Source of the DNA: Chiloscyllium plagiosum
Taxonomy: Eukaryota
Reading direction: 5' to 3'
Assembly (NCBI RefSeq): GCF_004010195.1
Contig: NC_057720.1
Span: forward strand, 29,110,898 to 29,163,003
DNA length: 52,106 bases
In this document: in pieces, positions 12,063-24,855 of the stretch
How the letters are laid out: every line of letters begins with the position of its first letter
Position numbering within the stretch: position 1 is the stretch's first letter
Notes under the pieces: generated by a model
What the model was told of the DNA's origin: nothing
What the model saw: only the letters and a program-made list of their open reading frames with translations
Databases searched by the model: none
Position numbers and translations under genes: made by a program

Positions 12063-13399
12063 GTAAGTATTTAAGAATTTAGATTTTCTTAAGAAAACTA
12101 AATACCAATTACTTAATGAAAGCATCTTACTTGCTTTGCCATTAACAAAGAAGCTTTGTACTTCTTATAATAAAATACAACTTTTAACATTTTTGTGAAA
12201 ATACACAAGAGAACAAAATTCAATATTCAATCGATAAAAGCTAGAGTTTCTAAGCAATCTGAAATCTGGCACCTGACTGTTATCAATTCAACCCCATTAT
12301 GGAAGGAAATAGAGTTTTAAAGGATCAACAAAATGTTCAGCTTCTGAAAGTTAAAGCAGGCTCATTGGACCAAGATTGTGTATGTTTTATTTTGTCTGTT
12401 TGATAGAAGAAAACATTGCTCTGCCATTAACAAATACAATATGTACTAATGTAAAAGGAGTGTTTCTAAGACTTAATTTTTTTAGTCAAAGTGTACAGTC
12501 GACTTATACTTGAGTAACATTTTGAAATGTTCAAATCCCCTCCCCTCCCATTGTTCTGCTATCAGTGTTATCACATTGAAGGTTATTCCCATCAACCTCC
12601 TGCCAAACATAGTACTAAAGGAGTCAAAGGTATTTTATTATTACATATTTACTTATATAAAATAATGACCTCCATGACATTTAGTTCACTGTGCTATAGA
12701 AATTTGTCAGATTCATCAAAAACAGAAGCCTAGACACTATTTCATTCAATTCTTTCACAGTAACAGTAGAGAGTAGAATAATACTTAGCAGAAGTGCAAA
12801 AGCAAAAAACACATTTTTCGACTTTAGAATAGACTACTGAGTCTCAATCTGCATCTTGAATGATATCATCATTTTCCTGTAGCCATCAACCATCATTCCA
12901 CAAATAATCATTATCTGTGCCATCAGGTGCACTGGGCACATTACTCTTTTTTTAAAAATGATTTGACTCTCATCTCTGTTCCCATTTCCACCTAGACTTT
13001 ACAAAACAATTGACACAGGATTTCTGTTACTGTAGCCCTTTGTTTCACAGACTGACTATCTCTGTGTTGAATTAGGCAGCAAAAGACTGAGATATAGGTG
13101 CGATTGTGAATCTGTAGTGTAACACAAACTCCAGTTTGCACATTTATTCTGGAATTCTTTCCTTTTCCTAAGCCAACACCTCACTGTGAAGAACTTGTTT
13201 TTTATTCTTTTTTTAAAAGATCCATCACAAAATCCGCCAATTAACTAATTAAACAAATAAAAAATAACGAGCTGTCCTTCTGGTTCTGGTTTAAGCTTAA
13301 AGGAACTTGAATGTTTGGATGCTGTAACCCCTTGCTGAATATCTGGTATCCACCAATCATCCACACATTATTCTTTTTTTTCATTCATGCTCTCCTTGA

Positions 13400-14340
13400 G
13401 GGCTTGTTTAGAGAGCAATCCAGTGTTTGAACAAGGCTGGTTAGACCAGAATGAATCATTGCAATATCACTTTGTGATCTGATTTCAGCATCACTAATGT
13501 GTAATCTAAACATATCAGGGATGGATATCTTCAGCTGCCCCATCTCTGACTCTTCCCTTCCTTGACTACATTGTTTCAATTTCTGAAGATGCCACTAGTA
13601 CAAACCCTTCAATTCCCAGTTTCCTTTACTGCACTTCCTCATACCCTGCTTTCTGTAAAGGCTCTATTCCATTCTCAGAGATTTTCCATCTGTGTCATTT
13701 CTGTTCCAAAATGTCACCTTCCACAGAAATATTTTTAAGACAAGTCCTCTTTCCTTAACTGAGGATTCCCCGATCCTCACCATAGTTCAGAGGTCCTTCA
13801 GCCAAGTCTGACTCACTTGCTTTTCTGCCCTCACCTCGTCTGCTCTCTCCCAGATCAGCAATAGGATTTCCCTCCTCCTTATTTTCTACCCTGATAGTCT
13901 CTCCACCATGGCACTTTGCATTTAATCATAGAAGATGTAACACTTGTTCTTTTGCTGCTCCCCTCCTCACAGTGAAGCGTGATTTACTGTTACTACCATC
14001 AATGAAGTCTGCTGCATTCGCTGCTCCCAGTGCAATTTTTACTGTATTGGCATGTCCAAACACAGACTGAGTGACCGATTTGTGGAAAACCTCTGCTCTG
14101 TCTGTAGGAAAGTTTTTTTCCAGTTGCTTGTCATTTTCATCTACCCTCTTGCTCTTATGTCAACATTTCCATCCAAGGCCTGCTGCAGTGTTTCAGCGAG
14201 GCCCAAACGTAAGCTGGAGGGACAACACTGAGTTTCCACCTTGGTATTTTACGACTTCCGGTCTCAATATTGAGTTCAACCACTAAGTGAACACTGCCCT
14301 CGATTTTGGTTGCACCCTTCCCCACATCTCCCCTCCCAGT
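13400..14340 (+). mobile_element. Old degenerate PLE (RT C-term/GIY-YIG region); its pseudo-LTR appears to resume at ~16035-16255
   Basis: Colinear similarity by eye to 49200-50160 (TTCCCTTCCTTGACT, CTATTCCATTCTC, TGCATTCGCTGCTCCCAGTGC, CTCAATATTGAGTTCAAC). Boundaries approximate. Confidence 0.7.
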
Positions 14341-14395
14341 GAAGTAAACCTATTTTTGACTATCCACAGAAATCATTAAAGAGATGCAAAAGAGG

Positions 14396-16030
14396 TGTTA
14401 GAGGATGGTGGTTGATGGAAAATGTTCATCCTGGAGTTCAGTTACTAGAGTACCACAAGGATCTGTTTTGGGGTCACTGCTGTTGGTTGTTTTTATAAAC
14501 TACCTGGATGAGGGCTTAGAAGGATGGGTTAGTAAATTTGTGGATGACAGTAAGGTCAGTACAGTTGTGGATCGTGCCAAAGGGTATTGTAGGTTACAGA
14601 GGGATATGCTGCAGAACTGGGCTGAGAGGTGGCAAATGGAGTTTAATGCAGAAAAGTATGAGGTGAATCACTTTGGAAGGTGTAACAGAGTACTGAGCGA
14701 ATAGTAAGATTCTTCATAGTGTAGATGAGCACAGAGAGATCTCAGTGTCCATGTACATAGATCCCTCAAAGTTGCCACCCAGGTTGATCGGGTTGTGAAG
14801 AAGGCATACAGTTAGCTTTTATTAGTAAAGGGATTGCATTTCAGAACCATGAGGTCATGCTGCAGCTGTACAAAGCTCTCGTGTAGTCACACTTGGAGTA
14901 TTGTGTGCAGTTCTGGTCACCGCATTATAGGAAGTGTCACAAATTTGGTTCCTTTTTTCTAAATACTGTTCCTTTTCTCAAGGATATTATGTCCTTGATT
15001 TTTCTCAATGTAGTAAACCACTCCCAGATCTGATTAGCCTAGTTTGGTATCGAGTAAAGGGTATTGAGAGACCTTTTGGTCATATGTAAACAGATGAGAC
15101 TTCAGGCCAAATTGATCATATTTTAGAAGTGACCTGTATAATGAAAGGGGAGTGGTCAGCTCTCTAGCTGAGCAGTTCCATGAGCTATGTGGACTCTCTC
15201 TTCTCTCTCTCCTCTCTTCTTTCTCTCTCCTCTCTTCTTCCTCTCTCTCTTGTTCCATTTGTTTACTGGTTTTTAAGGGCGTTTGCATATTTGGACTATT
15301 GTGTATATTCGGAACAGCACAGTTAAGTTTGGATAGACTGAGTTCTGTAGGCATTCTTTATTCTGTTCTTTGTGTTTCATTGTGTAATTTTGTGAATAAA
15401 TTTTTGTCTGTTTTAAAACCTGGTAGTCAACCTAGCTAGCTTAACCCAGATAATTCCCACTGTACACTTACCAAAACAAATTGCAAAGTTATGGATTGGG
15501 CTGCCTGCTTAAGAATGTTTTGAGTGGTCTGGCCTCGTCCATAACAGAAGGATGTGGAAGCTTTGGAAGGGGTTCAGAGGAGATTTACTAGGATGTTGCC
15601 TGGTGTAGAGAGAAGGTCTTACGAAGAAAGGTTGAGGGACTTGAGGCTGTTTTCGTTAGAGAGAAGGTTGAGAGGTGACTTAATTGAGATATATAAGTTA
15701 ATCAGGGGGTTAGATTGGGTGGACAGTGAGAGCCTTTTTCCGAGGATGGTGATAGCTAACACAAGGGGGCATAGCTTCAAATTGAGAGGTGATAAATATA
15801 GGACAGATGTCAGAGGTAGTTTCTTTACTCGGAGAGTAGTAGGGGAGTGAAACGCACTGCCTGCAACAGCTACAGACTCGACAACTTTACCGGAATTTAA
15901 ATGGTCATTGGATAAGCATATGGACGAGAATGGAATAGTGTAGGTTAGATGGGCTTCAGATTGGTTTCATAGGTCGGCGCAACATCGAGGGCTGAAGGGC
16001 CTGTACTGCGCTGTAATGTTCTATGTTCTA
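14396..16030 (+). mobile_element. 5'-truncated CR1 LINE interrupted by a solo LTR
   Basis: ORFs 14405..14704 (VPQGSVLG, SKFVDDSK, WAERWQMEFN) and 15554..15850 (LEGVQRRFTRMLPG, LRGDLIEIYK). (TGTTCTA)n tail at ~16016-16030. Confidence 0.92.
14935..15546 (+). mobile_element. Solo LTR, 612 bp, 4-bp TSD
   Basis: Starts TGT, ends ACA, flanked by GAAG at 14931-14934 and 15547-15550. Removing it restores CR1 ...TATAGGAAGGATGTGG. AATAAA at 15395-15400 gives the strand. Confidence 0.85.
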
Positions 16031-17122
16031 TCAAGATTATCCCTTTATTATCATCAGCATTTCTTTGTCTTTTGGTTGAGGCATCCTCACCAGTTTTACA
16101 TTCCATCTTCTTTCCCCTTTGTCAACAACATATTAGTTATTTTTCAGCCGTTTTCAGCTCTAAAGAAGAGGTGTTCTGAACTTGAAATGTTAACTCTGCT
16201 CCTTTCTCCATAGATGCACCATTTGCTGAGTTTCTCCAGTACTTTGGTTTTATCCAGATGGGAAGACATTTTCTTTATTTAATCCTTCTGGTCAAAAACT
16301 ACAAACTTTGCTCAGAAGTACTTTCAAGTTGCCTTCAACTGGCCATCCTTTTATTTTGAATACCCCTTTGGGGAATTGATGTCTTGCTCAATTCTTCTTT
16401 TGAATATTGCCATTGGCTCAACTGTACAACTGCGAATCCACTCCTTTCATGGATAGTTATCCTAACACTGTTTTCTCTCCAATTTTGCTCACCATTTCAC
16501 TTGATAACATCTCAAAATTCACGGGAATTTTGTTCATGTTCTGAATACAGGCTAATCTGTATCCATTCTCTTGTCAGTGTTTGTATATACAGCTGCTGAA
16601 ACTTGATCGTCACACCTATCATTAGTTTCTGCAGGAAGTTGCTAGAAATCTTTGCTGTCTGCAGCATTACAAAATTGTATCTCTTCATACACTTGGTACG
16701 TCATCCAGGTTTGTTTTTGAAACCTGCAATCCCTAACTTTTTTGCTTGTTTCAGGGTAATGATTTATATTGATCGTTGAGAAACTGAGATACTTCACTTG
16801 AGTATTTTCCAACTGTAGCGAAGTGCTAAGCTTTCTTCTGTTTGTGCATTTATTCTTGGGCGTCTGCCTAAGCTTCCTCCATCTCTTATGGTGTCCGATA
16901 TCTTGAATTCTTTCGTTGCTGTATAATTATTTGTCTGATCTACAATCTAAGAGAATTTAAGTTTGGGCTGTGTTTCTACTGTTTTTTTTCTTGATACCAT
17001 ATTGCCATATTAGAGGGTGGGATTTGCAGGACTGCATTATACACCAGTTAGGTGGTAGCTTGACATCATGTACTGATGTACAGTGACGTGAGCTGCCTTC
17101 AATGGTATGCAATTTGATGCTG

Positions 17123-17256
17123 GGAGAAAGTGAGGACTGCACATGCTGGAGATAAGAGTCGAAAAATGTGGTGTTAGAAAATCACCGCAGGTCAGGTAGC
17201 ATCTGAGGAGCAGGAGAATGGATGGGCAATAAGCCCTTCACCAGTTTCCTCATCTG
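17123..17256 (-). mobile_element. Mini PLE pseudo-LTR insertion with 10-bp TSD
   Basis: Starts GGAGAAAGTGAGGACTGCA like 1866 and 45738. TSD TTTGATGCTG at 17113-17122 and 17257-17266. Confidence 0.85.
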
Positions 17257-18522
17257 TTTGATGCTGTCAGCTTGCACCAAGGTGAGCATAACTGCAGTGG
17301 CAAGTAGGTGGGAAGTACCAAGTTTGGATTTGTTTTAGTTAAAAGACAGGTATTGACATGTTTACAACAGCAGCTTTAAAACAAATTTCAAGCTTACAAC
17401 AAAAATTGAAAGTGTTTGTGCATTTTCACTACAACTCTAGTAATGTTGTGAAGCAGTTTCACATTGAAGCAGTAAAGTTGCACTGTAAATATTGATCTGA
17501 ACCTTGTGTGATGTGAAATAAGAGACCTGTGGAAATTTGGAACTCTACCCAAAGACTCTGACTGCTGAGTTAATTAAAATTTCCAAGGCCGTATTTTGTG
17601 ACAGCTGGAACTGCTGCTACTTACAAACAAAACAAATATTCATTCTTTCTAATGATCTAAATGAAGGCAATCTAAAATCTTAAGTGAATTGCAGCTGCAA
17701 GTAGCTCAGGATTACAAGAGAAGTGTAATGTTCTTACTTTCTCCTGAACAGAGATAATTTTAATCCATCACAGACTGGATCCAAATCTTTTCAGATTGTA
17801 TAGCTCAGGTATAACATTGTGACAAAATGGCGCCATTTAGGACTGAGCTCTAAGAAAGCTGCCCATAAAAATTTGGCTATCTTTGTGGGGTGGTTTTTAA
17901 CCATTCCCCGTTATAATTCAATTCTGAAATCCACTATAGGGGATCATTAGCCTTCAGTAATGGTAATGTCATCAAGTAGCTAAGCAGCTAGTCATGTCAA
18001 AGTTTCTCAGAAAGCAAGCAAAGTCACTTCCTTCACTTGGCAATCACTTGACAGAGAATGAGACAATGAGACGTACACATGAGATTAAGATGGAAGATGA
18101 AATTTTTAAATAAAACTAAGTCTTTGCAATTTGTTTTTCTCATAGTTGATAATTTCACATTCAACAAATATAAAACTAGTCTTTCAGGAGTAAAAAGGTT
18201 GTTCAATAATTATGGCTTAGTATAATATTAAAAACCTTGTTACACTGCATTGAAACATGAGAGATCCTGAAGGGAATTGGCAGGCTGGATACTGAGAGGA
18301 TGTCTCCCCCGTTAGAGATGCTAGGTACAGTTTAAAAATCTATTGAAAAATAAATAAAATGTAATTTAAGACAGGCTTTTTTTTAAATCAATGGGGACAT
18401 TGGTCTTCAGAATTCTCTTCCCCTGAGCTAATGGAGGTAGTGTCATGAATAATTTTAAGGTGAATTAGTTTTATTCTGGATTAATAAGAGACTCATAAGA
18501 TATGGAGGGGGGGGTGTGGAAG

Positions 18523-18810
18523 TAGAATCACGGAATTCCTACAGTCCAGAAAGAGACCATTCAGCCCATCAAGTCTGCAGCGATCCTCTGAAGAGCATCC
18601 CACCCAGAGACACTCCATAACTCTGCATGGGTTTTTACCAAGGCAAAACCACCTAGTCTGCACCACTCTGGATGCTCCTGGGCAATTTAGCTTGGCCAAT
18701 CCACCTAAACACATCTGTGGATGGTGGGAGTAAACTCCGCACAGTCACCCAAGGCTGGAATTGAACTTAGGTCCCTAGTGCTGTGAGACAGCAATACTAA
18801 CCACTGAGCT
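18523..18810 (-). mobile_element. Degenerate HE1-like SINE
   Basis: CAGTCACCCAAGGCTGGAATTGAAC...GCTGTGAGACAGCAATACTAACCACTGAG matches the SINE head in reverse; internally deleted. Confidence 0.75.
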
Positions 18811-19432
18811 ACACTTGAGGTGAAGTTGAGGCCACAGTCATATCAGCCAGGTTCTCGTCAGATGGTGGATCAGGCTCACGAGGGCAAATGGCAAGATGTA
18901 ATCACATTCAGCGATTTACAACATAAATAATTAACATCTGGAAGTTCACTTCAGATGCAGTGATTTCTAATATTTCAATCTGTAGAGAATTCAATAGCAT
19001 ATTTGTGAAGGAGCATGACATCACTGACAGCAGTTCCTAGATTTTCACGTGTAACTGCGTGTATAGAGGCCACAGCTGCTGTCAGTTTCAGTTTTGTAAT
19101 GATGGTGAAATTTGACAGTTTTGCCATCATTATAACTGCAAAATGTGGAACATTGCCTTTACATGGGAAAACATTTTTATCCTGCCTACATCTTGTGCAG
19201 ATAAAGAAAAATCTTTTTTTTTCCAATGTATATATCCTGTTGACTTATTTTTTGTTTCGCCTATGTAGCTGATTAGTGCAGATGTGCCATTGTGTCAGTT
19301 TCCTGGTATAGATTTTGTTGGGAGAGAATGTTGTATGTTTTGAGGAAGAGCATTTGCTTTGTTCAAAAATCTGTTTTAACCTTGGAGATATCCTTAATAT
19401 GTTCCAATCACATTAATTTCTTTTTTTTCCAG

Positions 19433-19483
19433 ATTTGGAATCAGTATTTTGCCCTGAAGAATACCATCTCTGCTGTAATTCCT
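19433..19483 (+). CDS. ATPAF1: ATPAF1 exon 5, 51 nt
   Basis: ttttttccag|ATT TGG...ATT CCT|gtgagt. IWNQYFALKNTISAVIP. Confidence 0.95.
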
Positions 19484-19574
19484 GTGAGTATGGCTTAGAT
19501 TTAAGCTTCATGTATGAAGATTGATTATTTTTGGCAATGTATTTACATATTTTGTGATTTTTGTTTCCTGAAAG

Positions 19575-19622
19575 GGTACAACATTTGATCTCATGCACAG
19601 CAGATCTCAGCAATGCCCCACT
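19575..19622 (+). CDS. ATPAF1: ATPAF1 exon 6, 48 nt
   Basis: tttcctgaaag|GGT ACA...CCC ACT|gtgagt. GTTFDLMHSRSQQCPT; follows a 91-bp intron. Confidence 0.92.
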
Positions 19623-21022
19623 GTGAGTAAACTGTATTGTTCAGTGTCAACGTGTTGACATCTTTATTTTAAAATGATACTTGACTCTGATAAGTTGAAA
19701 TTGTGAAAGAAAGCATATTGGTTTGGTGCAAATGTTGTTTATGTTTTGTATTTTTCTGATTTGGAAGCATTTAATTTGGTAAATTGGTGACAACAGTTGT
19801 TGAAACGCATCCCAAGCATGAAGGCAGAAGTATTTAAAACCTTGCATTTGACAGACATGTCTCATACTTAACATTACGTTTCTGGCACTTTTTACTGATC
19901 TGCTGTTTCTATCATACATGCTGATTATGTTTTTTTTGTTACGATTAAATTTACCTACTGAATCCTCCAGAGGCTCTTGCCCTGAGAATCTTGAGTCCTT
20001 TTACTCCATGTTGCTTTGCAGCTAAAATTCAGTTTTGATTTGATACCGCTTGCCTCTGGAACTGTCATTCTCTCCTATTGAAAGTATTAATTAACAAATT
20101 TATTTTTGTTAGGTAAGAATATCAAGGCCCCTTGAGTTGTAAGGAAGCCATAGTCTTTTGAATGGTGGAGCTAACTCCAGGGGTGCAATAGCCTTTTTTT
20201 GTTTCTAATGTTCCACATTCAGCAGTATCTACTACTTATCATAGGTTCAACAGATTATTCCTGAGAAATATTTTCTATAGCGATGCATAAACGAAATTAG
20301 TACTTGAAGGTTGGGGGTGGTGGGAGGAGGGGAACTGAAAAGTGAAGAAATCCACATTCTCGAGATCCTGGAAAATGAGGAAATATGTCCTGGGGATGGT
20401 TGAATGGCAGAGGAAGAACAGTGTATACACAACTGAAAAGGAACACAATGGCAAAATCCAAATAAGAATAAATCATATTAGTACTGTTCAAAGCTACTTT
20501 AGGAGAAATTTAGAGTGGGAGACTGGAATCTTCTTCAAGCCACCTGTTTTGTATTTTGCCCAAATGTATAGAATAAATCAGAAGAATCCCACCAAACGTG
20601 GGAACAGTGTTCACATATATGAATTACTTAGTACAAAATAGGAAATCATGCTCTTGTTATCCAGTAATTAAGCAGATAGTGAGTCCAAGATATTGTCTGG
20701 GAACAATAAGGTTGACTTTCTCTTTTTATACTTCTCTTTTGCATTTCGTCTCTGTATTGCAGTCCAGGTTCAAAGCTTTAGAGATTTATGATTTTTTTTC
20801 CCAGTTTATTTGATATTTTGAAGAATCACCTGACAAAAGAGAAAATGTTCTAATGTTGCTGCCTAAATTCTACAAGGTTTTCACCCCTCGAAGCTGTGAG
20901 GCTTATCATTTATTGGTATAAATTCAGAATTCCAGGCTGTACATTATTACTTGTCCATGTTAAAAAAAAAGTAAATCTATCAGAAAAGTCCACGTGTTGA
21001 TATCTATCCTGTTCTGTTCCAG

Positions 21023-21118
21023 TTCTTGTATGCTTTGCCAAGACAAACAGGTTATGAGTTCTTTGTGGGTCAGTGGTCTGCGACTGAACTTCACTTTTCC
21101 TCTTTAATTAATATTCAG
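21023..21118 (+). CDS. ATPAF1: ATPAF1 exon 7, 96 nt
   Basis: tgttccag|TTC TTG...ATT CAG|gtatgt. [32 protein letters not shown], the ATP11 core (LPRxxGYEFF). Confidence 0.97.
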
Positions 21119-21399
21119 GTATGTAACTGTAGGCAAGAACTTCCAGCCAGTAAACATGATGGAACATACCTGGCTTGGCAGTTCTTTTGTGTTGATGTGT
21201 TAATAGTTAGTCTTGATATCTATACCCGCTGTCAAATTCCCTCTATATTTAGTTACTTTAAAAAGGGGTATTGCTTTAAACTTTCTCTCTGATTAATACA
21301 ATGATTATCAAATATCACATAAGAAGGGTCGAAAGTGCATTTACATTGTGCATTTGCAACCTCTCATGCTAGATGGTCAGCACAAAACAATTACAGTTA

Positions 21400-23040
21400 A
21401 AATATTAATTGGGAGCAAGAGTAGACCACTTATCTCATCAGCCTTCTCTGCCATTCATGGCTAATCTGATTATGGCCTCAACTCCACATTCCTGCCTACG
21501 CCAATAACATTTGTTTCCCTTGTTAGCCAAGAATCTATTTACTTGTTTAAAATGTTCAATGACCCTTCCTCTGCTGCTTTCTAGTGAGAAGAATTCCAAA
21601 GCCACTCAGTACTCAGAAATAAAGTCCCCTTTAAAATCTATATCTTACATGGAAGCCTCCTTATTCTTAAACTGTGTTCCCTCCTTGTCTCTCCCACAAG
21701 AGAACATCCATTCAGAATCTACCCTGACAAATATCCTTAGAATGTTATTGAAATATATATGACTGGCATTCCGCTGAACGCCAGTGGAAACAAACCATCC
21801 TGTCCTACCGTCCTTCTTGAGATAAACCCCACCTCCATCCCTCAGCTATCGGTTGAGAGAATTTTCTCTGTCTTATAACGCGGTGCAATCCTTACTTAAA
21901 TGAGGAAATTAATATGAACATAGTAGTCCAGATATGATCTCACACATATCCTATACTGAAAATCAATATTCAATTGAAGCAAAACATTCCTATTTTTATG
22001 TTCCTTACAATAAATGATAACATACAATTTGCTTTACCAATAATTTGTTCTACCTACATATTAACATTTTGTTATTTATGGGAACCGAGATTCCTCTTCA
22101 CCTTTAGTTCTGCCAGCTCTGTCCACTTCCCTTGTCAGAACCATGTTGACTGTTCCTGATTACATTAAGTTTCTAAGTGCTTGTTATATATCCGATTCAC
22201 AGAATAACAGATCTCAGCATTTTCCCAATGTAGATGTTAAGCTAACTGGCCTATAGTTTCCTGCCTTGTCTCCTTCCTTTATGAAATAGACTAGTTACAC
22301 ACACTATGTCAAATCTGATGGAACCTTTTACAAAATCTAGAGTATTTTGGTGAAAGAAAGATGAACCAATCTTATGTCAGCCCCTACCTCTTATTAAGAT
22401 CCTAGGCTGAATTCCCATCAAAATCTGGGAAGTTGTCACCTTTTAGTTCCAATAATTATCTCCTTCCCTTTTCCTTGGTGACTTGTAACTTTCTAGTTCT
22501 TCCCTTGTTTTCATCCCCGAATCATAATTATTGATAAGAGATAATTTCTGTCTACTGTTGTGAAATTGGATGTAAAATATGCGATCAGTTCATTCATCAT
22601 TCATATTAATATCTGTCTATATTTAATTCTGAGATTCGCTCTGTGTAGAACCGAAGATCACTTCACTTGCTCTTTTCAATTAAAAACAAATGCTTTGAGA
22701 AACTCTTGCCATCTGTCAAAATATTTCTAGTTTGCTTCCTTTTATTAATCTTTGAGTAGTTCTTTGCTGTTCTTTCAATTCTGTCCAATCTTCTGACCTG
22801 CCTCCTCTTTATGGAATTATACACATTTTCTTTCAATTTGGTACTGCCTTCAACTTTCTTAGTCAGCCACATATCCTTCCCTTGGAGCCATTCTTTATAC
22901 ATCCCAGTTGGTCCCTTAAATGGCTGCCACTGTACCTGTACTGACTATTCCTTAATCTGATTTCCCAACTTGTTTCATCCACTGGTATCTTTATGCCCTT
23001 TATAATTGTTCTCTTTAAGTTTAAAATATTAGTCTTAGAT
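21400..23040 (-). mobile_element. Old fragmented CR1-like LINE remnants
   Basis: Patches matching reverse CR1 ORF2/3' end (GGGAGCAAGAGTAGACCAC, GATGTTAAGCTAACTGGCCTATAGTTTCCTG, CTTAGTCAGCCAC). Highly degenerate. Confidence 0.55.
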
Positions 23041-23221
23041 GAAGGCAATTAGGTGAGCATGCAGTACTGTATCACTGTTTAAAAATAAATCAGTATGGCC
23101 ACACTAATTCCCTTTGTTTTAAATTTGTTTTTTGTTCTGCTGTTTGTCTGCAGACCACCAATATACGACAAGCTTCTTAATCCTTTTTTTTTCCCCAATG
23201 TTTTCTTTTCTTGGCTTTCAG

Positions 23222-23329
23222 TCTTTGGGGGAAAATTCACCAAGCCAGCTTATAATCTATCATTACCCGGATCTGCAGAAGGAGAAGGGCATTGTACTAC
23301 TTACTGCAGAAATAGACACAACATTTCTG
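23222..23329 (+). CDS. ATPAF1: ATPAF1 exon 8, 108 nt
   Basis: ggctttcag|TCT TTG...TTT CTG|gtaaga. [36 protein letters not shown]. Confidence 0.97.
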
Positions 23330-24422
23330 GTAAGAAATATATTTTTAATATGCAGAAAATATGGCAATTAGCTCATTCCTAGGTATGCTGTTAAGCATTG
23401 ATTGTTATAGAGTTAGGTAAATATAGAGAAAACACTGGGGCTAGAATTATCCTAAACTGATATTGGAGTTTATTATTTCAGGGTTACAGAGAAATTAATA
23501 CCACTGTTCTTTTACATTAAAAAGTAGTATTCACCATTGTGTACATTCTGTTTTGAAAAGATAAAACATATACCATGACCAATTTCTTTTTAAAAATGTT
23601 AGTCTTTATCAGTGGTGCTGTACTGACTTTCAAATATATCATGAGGTGCGAATAAGTGCTCTTGTTCAATTCTGTCTGATTTAACAGTTATCTCCCACAG
23701 ATGGCACTGTCAGCTATCTTTAAGAGATGCATAGTATCAACAATATATATCCCTCCAACACAAAATCAATTGGTATAACCACTTGATGTAAAATTTCATA
23801 AAATGTATTAAGGTAACCTTGGGATGCTCATGAAAGAAGCTTCAGGGAATACTTGCACTCAATTTCTTTCTCATCCTCCTGTGGTCAAGCACTTTATTAA
23901 CCATTACTATGTACATTCCTGTATGCCAGCTGAGACTGGGTATACATCAGAACAAGTGAAGCAGACAATAATGCAAGTGCATGCTGTGCCACAGCATACT
24001 GGTTTTAATATGCGAGCAAAACTGTTGTGTGTAATGAAATGAAAAGCATAATTCAAGATTAAGAATAAAACATGAGGGCTTGACGTTTGTTCACTTGTTG
24101 ATTTCTTCAGTTGTGACAGTTAATATAAATTAATGGCAAAAAGTGTTCTTTTTAAAACTACAAAAAATTTATAGGTTAGAATTTTTTTAAAAAGTTGTCT
24201 TTGTTAACGACAATACTTTGCCAGTCTGAACAATGAACATGTGTAAAACTTGCCCTGCTGAAATACCTCTGGTTGAACCCTTCTTTAATGGGAAAAAGAG
24301 GATGGGTAGGTTTTGCAATGCAACAAAATGTATAAAAGGAAGGAGCAACTGACAGCATTACAATTGAAAAAGCAAAGTCTTAATGGTAGCATTTACTGAA
24401 CTTTGTGTTTTCTGACTTACAG

Positions 24423-24611
24423 AATGTACAAGAGGCACAGTGTCTAGCAAATGAAGCACAACTCTTTTATGCCACGGATTGCGAAAAGATCTTCAATCTG
24501 GTGGAGACATTTAATCATAAACCCAATGATTTCAAACACATGTCAGTCATAGCTGAGATTGAGCAATGTGGAATGGGAGGAACTTTGAGAAACCAGAGTG
24601 CAGAGATGTAA
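24423..24611 (+). CDS. ATPAF1: ATPAF1 last coding exon (exon 9), to TAA
   Basis: tctgacttacag|AAT GTA... NVQEAQCLANEAQLFYATDCEKIFNLVETFNHKPNDFKHMSVIAEIEQCGMGGTLRNQSAEM*. Confidence 0.97.
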   Translation, partial: NVQEAQCLANEAQLFYATDCEKIFNLVETFNHKPNDFKHMSVIAEIEQCGMGGTLRNQSAEM

Positions 24612-24849
24612 CTTTGAAGAAGAGGATGAGACATAAATGCATATAACTTTGATATAGACCCAAAAAGATTGGCACTGACACTGTATATTGCTGCTTTTGC
24701 TCACCAGTTTTTGTGAACAACATTATCTGGAACAACATGATCCATGCAGCAACCAAAGATCTCATCTCATCCCCATTACCCACGAGTGGCAACTCCTCAT
24801 TGAAATGCATAAAGTTTAGAACCTTGAATGTGGTGAAGTAATGGTTGAT

Positions 24850-24855
24850 ATTAAA
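24850..24855 (+). terminator. Candidate ATPAF1 poly(A) signal (ATTAAA)
   Basis: First variant hexamer I found after the stop codon (~240 nt downstream), before repeat-derived sequence begins. Position only; no transcript support. Confidence 0.25.

Noticed and set aside
20022..20063. Alternative ATPAF1 exon 6 (…SFDLIP…)
   Set aside because: Chance FDLI match with no good donor; 19575-19622 fits frame, motif and both splice sites.
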